Shown in pieces: positions 1 to 6,158 of a stretch of 10,005 nt of DNA. The position numbers and the translations under genes were made by a program. The DNA lies in NCBI GenBank assembly GCA_043785265.1, contig JAYVXK010001173.1, positions 1 through 10,005 on the forward strand. Direction: 5' to 3'. This stretch comes from Myxococcales bacterium (GTDB lineage: Bacteria; Myxococcota_A; Polyangia; Polyangiales; Polyangiaceae). The notes beneath the pieces were generated by a model, which saw nothing but the letters and a program-made list of their open reading frames with translations, was not told the origin of the DNA and did not search any database. The stretch's first letter is position 1. Each line of letters starts with the position of its first letter.

Positions 1-664
1 ACGGCAGTTGACCTGTCAACGCGTGATACATGCACGCGCCAACGGCATAGAGATCGCTTCGCGCATCGACGCGTGTACCCCGCGCTTGCTCCGGCGCCAT
101 GTACGCTGGCGTGCCCAACATCGCGCCGGCCTTCGTCAGCCGACCGGCTTCTTCTTGAAGCTGTGCAACGCCGAAGTCGAGCAGCTTGACCATCTCACCA
201 AGCGAAGGCACCTCGGTGAGAAACACATTGTCTGGCTTCACGTCGCGATGGATGATCCCGGCACGGTGCGCGGCGGCGAGACCATCCAGCATTTGCGAAG
301 TGATCGTCGCCAGGCGCGCGCAATCGATTCGTCCAGACCGCTCGATGAGTTGTCCCAGCGATTGCCCGTGCAAGTGCTCCATCACCAAGAACGCGGGCTC
401 TCCTTCGATGGCTTGAAAGTCGGTCACCTGTACGATGTTGGGATGACCAAGAGCCGCCGCGGCGCGTGCCTCGCGCTGGAATCGCTCGATTTGCATCGAG
501 TCGAATGACAGCGATCGATCGAGCACTTTGACAGCGACGCGTCGACCCAGATCGATCTGCGTCCCGTCGTAGACCGCGCCCATTCCACCCTGCCCGAGAA
601 GAGGTCCGAGCTTGTAGCGTCCACCGAGCGTATGACCCGTGAGCAACTGCGCTGAGAGAGTCAC
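1..664 (-). CDS. Hanks-type Ser/Thr protein kinase, N-terminal ~220 aa; the gene continues past the window start. Start codon uncertain (GTG at 664 or TTG at 646; no in-frame ATG before the G-loop).
   Basis: Reverse-strand translation was done by hand; this frame is not in the ORF track because it lacks an ATG and a stop. It gives [20 protein letters not shown] (glycine loop), VAVKVL (VAIK lysine), [11 protein letters not shown] (catalytic loop HRDxKxxN), LLDFG (DFG) and GTPAYMAPE (activation segment). The listed + ORF 8..508 is antisense to this. Confidence 0.8.
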   Translation of the reverse strand, partial: MTLSAQLLTGHTLGGRYKLGPLLGQGGMGAVYDGTQIDLGRRVAVKVLDRSLSFDSMQIERFQREARAAAALGHPNIVQVTDFQAIEGEPAFLVMEHLHGQSLGQLIERSGRIDCARLATITSQMLDGLAAAHRAGIIHRDVKPDNVFLTEVPSLGEMVKLLDFGVAQLQEEAGRLTKAGAMLGTPAYMAPEQARGTRVDARSDLYAVGACMYHALTGQLP

Positions 665-720
665 TCCAACACGATATCCGAATCTCGTCAGCGCGCGCCG
701 TTGTCCATTTAGTCGGGCCT

Positions 721-2766
721 CTAGCCGCGGACCTCGAAGATTCTCACGCGGCGTTTGCGTAGATCCACGTCGAACGAGCCCTCTTTCTTTTTGAGCACGG
801 GCGCGTCTGGGTTGGGCCATACCTCCGCGAGTTCGTGGACACCCGGCAGCGCGAATTTGGCCGCGAGCGCCACGGGATTTGGGTTCATCACGAAGACCAC
901 GCGTGGGTTGCCGCTCGCGTCTTCGTGGACCGACACGTGCGCATCGGCGGGCGAGACGGGGTAGGTGGGTAGAGAGAGTTCTTCGATGCGTCGCGCCACG
1001 AGCAGATCTGCGATGGCGATGTCAGTCATGGGTTCGTGCTCGAGCCCCGCGATGTCGTGTGGACGCTCCATCGTGCGCATCGATCCGTCGCGCGTAGGAA
1101 TCACTGGACCGAACGTCACGCGCACTCCCGTGTTGGCAGCCTGTCGGAGCGCACCAAAGATCTCTGGTTTTAGGCCTGCTGCTGTCACGCACACGATCCA
1201 CTGCGCACGCGCGGTGCTCGCCTCGAGACTCTCGCCACCTGCGTACGCGAATGGAACTCCGCGCGCGAGAAGCGCCCGCTCGAACGCGCGCACCCACGCT
1301 TCGCCGGCCACATGGGGTGCTCGCTCCATTTGATCGTCGAGACTTTCTTCGAAGCAACTCACCTCGAAGCCGGCGCCAAGAATGTTGAACAGCGCTGGCG
1401 TCAGCGGACTCAACGCATGTGTCGCCCGTGCGAGTCGACGCAGTGTGCGCGGAACGAGCAGGCGCACGGGGGTGCGTCTCACCAATCCGTAGAAGCCGAC
1501 TTTGTCGAGCGCCGCCACGAGCGCTTTGTACGAATCGGCCATTTTTCTGGGCCGTCCGATCGGATCGATGGGCGCGCCGATCCAACGGTCACGCTCGACC
1601 GCCATGTACAAGTTGAACCCGCGCAGTCCGTACGCGAGCGCGCAAGTCAGCGCGTACAGTGAGTCCTTCTCGTCGAGCGTCGCAAAGAACGGCGGGAAGC
1701 CCGCACCCACTTCTGCACCAAACGCGGGAGCCCCATCACCTTCTGTGCGCGCGGCGAGCTCACTCGTGCGACGCATGATCATCATGTGCTCACCGGGAGC
1801 TGCGCGATGGTAGTAGTCGAGCGCGACGAGATCGATCGAGTTGGCCATGCGCGCAGCGTTGAGCGGAGTGGCAGCCTCGCCCAACGGGAAGTTGTGCATC
1901 GTCGGAATACCGGTGAGACCAGCGTCCGAGAGTGCCGACGCGAATCGCTCCATCGCGGTCGCGAGCAAGTGTTCGTGAAACTCGATCCAATCCATGTGCC
2001 GCGTGACTTCGTCGAGAGACTTCGCGTCGAAGCGGGTCGGCGGATTCACGGTTGCAAAAGTGACTTCATCGGCAGAGTCGCCTTCGAGTCGCCACGCCAA
2101 TCGCAATGCAGTCGGTCGCTTGTACTTTGCACGTAAAAACTGGCGAAAAAGAGCCACCGAATCGGGGTGATAGTCCTGATCATAGGGACCGTCGCGGAAG
2201 TACATCGCGCCTTCGTTGTCGATTTGAAGGAGCACGATCGGTCCCTTGGGCCACACGTGTTTGCTCAACACTTTGGCGCACGCGGTGAGCCACTTCTCGA
2301 CTTCGGCATGGAAGGCTTCGCTGGCATAACTCGGCACAGGAAAACCAACAGGCACCATCGGCAGCATCACCGGATTGTCGCGCGGCGTGCGCGCCTGACA
2401 CGCACGATCCCAAACCACTCGCTCCGGCAATCCGAAGTACGTGAGCTCCGCGTTGATGTGCGGCCCAGGTCGGATCACCGCGCGCATGCCGCGCTCGTGG
2501 ATCATGTCGAGGAAGCGCGACACATCGAGACGCGGATCAGTCTCGCCAAAGTCGAGCGCGCCCGCGGGATTCTCATGCACTCCCCACGGGACGTAAGTAT
2601 CGACCAGCTTCATGCCCATAGCTTTCATCGCATCGAGGCACGCACCCCAGTCGCGCGGATCGTGCCGCCAGTAGTGCATCGACCCGCACACGAGCGGCAA
2701 GATCTCAGCACCTGAGAGAGAAAGCCCCTGCGGATGCAGGCTAACCGTGGCGTTTGGGCGGGGCAT
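721..2766 (-). CDS. Glycoside hydrolase family 35 beta-galactosidase, ~681 aa, no signal peptide apparent.
   Basis: ORF 721..2835(-) aligns with GH35 (human GLB1-like) blocks: GSMHYWR...[36 protein letters not shown], and [13 protein letters not shown] (GH35 GGP[LIV]xxxQxENE acid/base motif). Similarity begins after the internal Met at 2766. That Met lies 4 nt past the stop of the upstream lipoprotein gene, so the start is set at 2766 rather than 2835. Confidence 0.8.
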   Translation of the reverse strand: MPRPNATVSLHPQGLSLSGAEILPLVCGSMHYWRHDPRDWGACLDAMKAMGMKLVDTYVPWGVHENPAGALDFGETDPRLDVSRFLDMIHERGMRAVIRPGPHINAELTYFGLPERVVWDRACQARTPRDNPVMLPMVPVGFPVPSYASEAFHAEVEKWLTACAKVLSKHVWPKGPIVLLQIDNEGAMYFRDGPYDQDYHPDSVALFRQFLRAKYKRPTALRLAWRLEGDSADEVTFATVNPPTRFDAKSLDEVTRHMDWIEFHEHLLATAMERFASALSDAGLTGIPTMHNFPLGEAATPLNAARMANSIDLVALDYYHRAAPGEHMMIMRRTSELAARTEGDGAPAFGAEVGAGFPPFFATLDEKDSLYALTCALAYGLRGFNLYMAVERDRWIGAPIDPIGRPRKMADSYKALVAALDKVGFYGLVRRTPVRLLVPRTLRRLARATHALSPLTPALFNILGAGFEVSCFEESLDDQMERAPHVAGEAWVRAFERALLARGVPFAYAGGESLEASTARAQWIVCVTAAGLKPEIFGALRQAANTGVRVTFGPVIPTRDGSMRTMERPHDIAGLEHEPMTDIAIADLLVARRIEELSLPTYPVSPADAHVSVHEDASGNPRVVFVMNPNPVALAAKFALPGVHELAEVWPNPDAPVLKKKEGSFDVDLRKRRVRIFEVRG

Positions 2767-2770
2767 CGAA

Positions 2771-3148
2771 TCAGTCGAAGGTGACAGTGCCCGTGTAGGG
2801 ATTGCTCTTGAGACCACCTTGGTCGGTGAGCACAAACCCGTAGTCGAACGTCTTGCCTTTGTAGGCCGCCGCGAGTCCGACGCTCACCGTTTGAGTGAGC
2901 GCGTTCGCCTGTGTCGCGACATTGGTGGTCGTCGACTTGCCGTTCGCGGTGAAGGTGATCACCAGCAGCACCGCATAGTCATCGGCGTCGGAGTAGCTGT
3001 ACTTCACGGTCCACGTATAGCTGCCATCTGCCGACGCGGTCACGTGTGTAGGGGCGTCGAACGAGACCCATGTTGGCGGCACGGATCGCTGCGGGCTCGA
3101 ACATGAAAGGAGCAATACGGAGGACAAGACCAGGGCGCGCACGACCAT
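2771..3148 (-). CDS. Small secreted lipoprotein of unknown function, 125 aa, Thr/Ser/Tyr/Val-rich, probably beta-rich.
   Basis: Begins MVVRALVLSSVLLLSCSS: positive N-terminus, hydrophobic core and a lipobox-like LLSC (PROSITE lipobox pattern satisfied). The rest is T/S/Y/V/A-rich. Stop 4 nt upstream of the GH35 start suggests co-transcription. No family recognised. Confidence 0.55.
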   Translation of the reverse strand: MVVRALVLSSVLLLSCSSPQRSVPPTWVSFDAPTHVTASADGSYTWTVKYSYSDADDYAVLLVITFTANGKSTTTNVATQANALTQTVSVGLAAAYKGKTFDYGFVLTDQGGLKSNPYTGTVTFD

Positions 3149-3202
3149 CGGAGTCTACGCCGCTTTCAGCCATGTCGGGCGGCTCAATGCGCTGCTTTCG
3201 CG

Positions 3203-3271
3203 CCGTCCACCCGTCGCCGTCCGCCGTCCCCGTCCCCGTTCGCGTCCCCGTCCCCGCTCCCGTCCCCGCTC
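3203..3271 (-). repeat. Degenerate hexamer tandem array, G-rich on the minus strand: (GGGGAC/GGGAGC/GCGAAC/GGCGAC)n, ~11 units, in the divergent intergenic region between the lipoprotein and hemL.
   Basis: Plus strand reads ccgtcgccgtccgccgtccccgtccccgttcgcgtccccgtccccgctcccgtccccgct; its reverse complement is GGGGAC-type period-6 repeats. Same family as the arrays at 6017-6158 and 9478-9656. Confidence 0.75.
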
Positions 3272-3291
3272 TGATGCTACGGTGGCGCTCC

Positions 3292-4575
3292 ATGACAGCT
3301 CAGAAATCGCACGACCTCTTTGTGCGGGCGCAACGCGTGATTCCCGGTGGTGTGAACAGTCCGGTTCGCGCGTTTCGCGCAGTCGGCGGCGATCCGATTT
3401 TCATCGCGCACGCTGCAGGCGCGTACTTGCACGACGCAGACGGCACTCGATACACCGACTACGTCGGCTCCTGGGGGCCCATGATTCTTGGGCACGCGCA
3501 TCCAGATGTGGTGCGCGCAATCACCGACGCTGCTGCCCGTGGGACGAGCTACGGAGCGCCTACTGAACTCGAAGTGACGTTCGCCGAGAAAATTTGCCAG
3601 ATGTATCCGTCGATCGAAATGATGCGTGCAGTGTCGAGCGGCACTGAAGCGACCATGGCTGCGATTCGTGCGGCGCGCGGGTTTACGGGACGCGATGCGA
3701 TCGTGAAGTTCGAAGGTTGCTATCACGGGCACGCAGACTTCTTGCTCGTCAAGGCGGGCAGCGGCGCAGCCACCTTGGGAGTGCCGGACTCGGCGGGTGT
3801 GCCGGCAGCGGTCGCAGCCAACACAGCGACGCTTCACTACAATGACGTGCCCGCGCTCGAAGCGTTGTTTCGGGCGCGTGGCAAAGAGATCGCGGCTGTG
3901 ATCGTGGAGCCTGTCGTGGGCAACATGGGTTGCGTTCCACCCGAAAAAGGCTTCCTCGAGGCGATGGTTGCATTGTGCAAGCAATACGGAGCGGTCTCGA
4001 TTTTCGATGAAGTGATGACGGGATCGCGTGTGGCTCGCGGTGGCATGCAGTCACGTGCGGGCATCAACCCAGACATGACCTGTCTAGGGAAAATCATCGG
4101 TGGTGGATTGCCGCTCGCTGTTTATGGTGGCCGGCGCGACATCATGGAAAAGATCGCGCCTCTCGGTCCCGTCTATCAAGCCGGCACGCTCAGCGGAAAC
4201 CCAGTCGCGGTGAGCGCAGCGCTGGCCACCATTGCTCATCTCGATGACGCGCTCTATGCGCACCTCGAGGCGCTCGGAGCGCGACTCGAAGCTGGGATGA
4301 ACGCCTCGATCAAGAAGCACAACCTCGCAGCGTGCGTGCAGCGCGTCGGTTCGATGATCACACTCTTCTTCGCGAAGGGTCCTGTGCGCTCGTGGAACGA
4401 CGCGAAAGACGCCGACACCGCGCGCTTCGGCAAGTGGCACCGTGGGATGCGCGAAAGAGGCCAATATTGGCCTCCATCTCAGTTCGAAGCCGCGTTCATC
4501 AGCGGCGCGCACACGAACACGGACATCGACGCGACGATCCAAGCTTGCGACGAATCACTCGCGATCAATTCGTGA
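3292..4575 (+). CDS. hemL: Glutamate-1-semialdehyde 2,1-aminomutase (PLP-dependent class III aminotransferase), 427 aa.
   Basis: MTAQKSHDLFVRAQRVIPGGVNSPVRAF matches the HemL N-terminus. Class III aminotransferase blocks follow (GSWGPMILGHAHP, FDEVMTG, MTCLGKIIGGGLP with the PLP lysine). The track ORF starts at 3070, but 3070-3291 is a translation of the hexamer repeat (PVPVRVPVPAPVP). Start set at ATG 3292 from the homologue N-terminus and typical length. Confidence 0.9.
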   Translation: MTAQKSHDLFVRAQRVIPGGVNSPVRAFRAVGGDPIFIAHAAGAYLHDADGTRYTDYVGSWGPMILGHAHPDVVRAITDAAARGTSYGAPTELEVTFAEKICQMYPSIEMMRAVSSGTEATMAAIRAARGFTGRDAIVKFEGCYHGHADFLLVKAGSGAATLGVPDSAGVPAAVAANTATLHYNDVPALEALFRARGKEIAAVIVEPVVGNMGCVPPEKGFLEAMVALCKQYGAVSIFDEVMTGSRVARGGMQSRAGINPDMTCLGKIIGGGLPLAVYGGRRDIMEKIAPLGPVYQAGTLSGNPVAVSAALATIAHLDDALYAHLEALGARLEAGMNASIKKHNLAACVQRVGSMITLFFAKGPVRSWNDAKDADTARFGKWHRGMRERGQYWPPSQFEAAFISGAHTNTDIDATIQACDESLAINS

Positions 4576-5272
4576 CGGGCACGACCGCGTCGATCGAGAG
4601 TTTCGCGCGAACCTCTTCGAGCGTCATGGACCACATCGTCTCGAGCCAGACCGACGGCAAGAATGCTGCGCGCTTGCCTCGACGATAACCGTCGATCGAC
4701 TTGGCGATGATCCCAGGATGTTTGGGTGTGAACCTGAGTGATCCAACGAACGCGATGAGTAGCGACAGTGGTGTGCCGGTCTGCGCGTAACTAAAAGCCT
4801 GCAGAGCAATCTCACCCGCCACGTCTGGCGTGTAGCCCGTCAACACATGCCAGATGTCGTGAGTCTGTCGCATGCGCTGCGAGACATACGCGGGGATCTG
4901 CGGCAGGCCAGGCGGCGCCTGAAAGAGATCGGGGTCGAGATGATTGGTGTCGAGGAAACGCACATACTCGCGACCTAGTGTGCCGTTCGGTAGCGCGCGC
5001 AGAGCGTCGTAGTCGACATGCTTGGAGTCGATGGAGGGTTGCTCGCGAATCATTCGTCCGCCTTCGTCGGTGATGACCATGCGAGTGAGCAAATGCGGCA
5101 ACGCACGGCGACCCGTCGCGACTCCTAGCAAGAAAACCTGCTTGGTATCATCTGGATCGCGCATCAACGATACGAGAGCGCGCGCTGCGATTTTGGCTCG
5201 CTGGAGCGCGGTGCCGGTAAGAGCGGTGCGGGCGGCAAGCAACTCGTCTTCGTGTGTGACAGCGGATTCCAT
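4565..5272 (-). CDS. Coq4-family protein (ubiquinone biosynthesis protein COQ4-like), 235 aa.
   Basis: Carries the Coq4 zinc-ligand motif HDxxH-x11-E as HDIWHVLTGYTPDVAGEIAL. AGGAGG lies 6 nt upstream of the ATG at 5272. Its 3' end overlaps the hemL stop by 11 nt (convergent). Confidence 0.65.
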   Translation of the reverse strand: MESAVTHEDELLAARTALTGTALQRAKIAARALVSLMRDPDDTKQVFLLGVATGRRALPHLLTRMVITDEGGRMIREQPSIDSKHVDYDALRALPNGTLGREYVRFLDTNHLDPDLFQAPPGLPQIPAYVSQRMRQTHDIWHVLTGYTPDVAGEIALQAFSYAQTGTPLSLLIAFVGSLRFTPKHPGIIAKSIDGYRRGKRAAFLPSVWLETMWSMTLEEVRAKLSIDAVVPVTN

Positions 5273-5294
5273 GAGGCGCCTCCTGTTGGCAACG

Positions 5295-5325
5295 TTGACA
5301 ATAGGACCTCTTTGCTTGTTGTCAA
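5295..5325. promoter_or_regulatory. Candidate TetR operator or divergent-promoter element: inverted repeat TTGACAA-N17-TTGTCAA, flanked by partial outer repeat TTGGCAA...TGCCAA (5286-5334).
   Basis: TTGACAA at 5295-5301 and its exact reverse complement TTGTCAA at 5319-5325, centred in the 80-bp gap between the divergent Coq4-like (start 5272, -) and TetR (start 5353, +) genes. TTGACA also matches the -35 consensus. Confidence 0.4.
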
Positions 5326-5352
5326 GCGTGCCAATAGCTTACACTGTCATTC

Positions 5353-6012
5353 ATGCCGCGCACTCGCCCACGCATTCGACGCACCCCCGAAGAAGCCCGA
5401 CGGGTGATCCTGGATGCCGCGCTCCGATTGTTTGCCGACGAAGGTCCCGACGCCGTGGGCTTGAAGGAAGTCGCGAAAGCCGCCGGCGTGAGCCACGCAC
5501 TGGTCACGCACTACTTCGGTACGTATGACGGCCTCGTGGAAGCCGCGTTCTCCGATCACACGCAGCGCATTCGTGCAGAAACAATTTCACGCATCGCAGA
5601 GATCACGAGCGGCGGACCGCGCGCCTGGATCGAACACGGCGCCAAGCAACTCGGCCATCCCCTCTACGGCAGACTCATGGCGTGGTCGCTGCTCACGAAC
5701 CGTGTCAATCAAGCTGATTTTTTTCCGCGGCGCGATCAGGGTTTTCGCAAGCTCGCCGATGTCATCGAGATGCGTCTCGCGTTCGAGAAAAAAGAGCGAT
5801 CACGCGACGACATCGAGTTCTTTCTGCTTCTCGTGCTCAGTTCGCTGATGGGTTACACCGTCGGCGGTCGCGCGCTTTGGGCCGGTCTCGGCAAAGACGC
5901 GACCGAGGAGCGCGACGCGTGGTTTCGGGAGAGACTCGCGACGGCGATCGAACAACTCTCGGGCCTAGGGCCGGAGCCGAAACCGAAACCGAAACGGAAA
6001 CGGAAAGCGTAG
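5353..6012 (+). CDS. TetR/AcrR-family transcriptional regulator, 219 aa, with an unusual lysine-rich C-terminal tail.
   Basis: N-terminal HTH EARRVILDAALRLFADEGPDAVGLKEVAKAAGVSHALVTHYFGTYDGL is typical TetR. It ends GLGPEPKPKPKRKRKA, encoded by (CCGAAA)3(CGGAAA)2 at 5975-6006, followed by the TAG at 6010-6012. Confidence 0.85.
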   Translation: MPRTRPRIRRTPEEARRVILDAALRLFADEGPDAVGLKEVAKAAGVSHALVTHYFGTYDGLVEAAFSDHTQRIRAETISRIAEITSGGPRAWIEHGAKQLGHPLYGRLMAWSLLTNRVNQADFFPRRDQGFRKLADVIEMRLAFEKKERSRDDIEFFLLLVLSSLMGYTVGGRALWAGLGKDATEERDAWFRERLATAIEQLSGLGPEPKPKPKRKRKA

Positions 6013-6158
6013 CCAACGGGGGACGGGGACGGGGACGGTGCGGCGAGGGCGACGGGTACGGGTGCGGGTGCGGCGACGGGGACGGGGACGTCTCTCCGCG
6101 TCCGTCTCCGTGTCCGTGTCCGTCTCCGTCCGTCTCCGTGTCCGTCTCCGGTGCGCGG
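6013..6158. terminator. Putative bidirectional factor-independent terminator, or cruciform, formed by the inverted G-rich arrays between convergent TetR and MVP.
   Basis: Long imperfect GC-rich inverted repeat sits immediately after both stop codons. There is no U-tract, so function is inferred. Confidence 0.3.
6017..6158. repeat. Composite inverted hexamer array. G-rich arm on the + strand (6017-6090, GGGGAC/GGGTAC/GGGTGC/GGCGAC units), ~6-nt spacer, then an arm that is G-rich on the - strand (6097-6158, GGAGAC/GGACAC units). It fills the entire gap between the TetR stop (6012) and the MVP stop (6159).
   Basis: Read directly: gggggacggggacggggacgg...ggcgacggggacggggacg tctctc cgcgtccgtctccgtgtccgtgtccgtctccgtccgtctccgtgtccgtctcc. 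The arms are imperfectly complementary (G:U wobbles in RNA). Many consecutive G-runs are present. Confidence 0.8.

Noticed and set aside
8-508. 166-aa + ORF at the window start
   Set aside because: Antisense to the Ser/Thr kinase frame. The kinase frame carries all Hanks motifs; this ORF has none.
755-2715. Multiple 60-190-aa + strand ORFs (755..964, 965..1333, 1312..1662, 1786..2136, 2167..2715 and others) plus minus ORFs 1022..1585 and 1790..1990
   Set aside because: All lie inside or antisense to the GH35 gene. They are Arg/Ala/Ser-rich with no motifs and are GC-rich frame artefacts.
2767-2835. Upstream extension of the GH35 ORF to Met at 2835
   Set aside because: It would overlap the lipoprotein gene by 65 nt. 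GH35 similarity starts after Met 2766, which gives a 4-nt coupling gap.
3070-3291. N-terminal 74-aa extension of the hemL ORF in the track
   Set aside because: It is a translation of the hexamer array (PVPVRVPVPAPVP). HemL homology and typical length begin at Met 3292.
4576-4815. ORFs 4442..4741(+) and 4624..4815(-) downstream of hemL
   Set aside because: They overlap the Coq4-like coding region in other frames or strands, and only the Coq4 frame carries a recognisable motif.
5273-5282. Perfect 10-bp palindrome GAGGCGCCTC between the Coq4-like start and its SD
   Set aside because: No loop is possible, so it cannot be a hairpin. It is probably a coincidental overlap of the SD (AGGAGG) with GC-rich sequence. 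The larger TTGACAA/TTGTCAA pair is the more credible operator.
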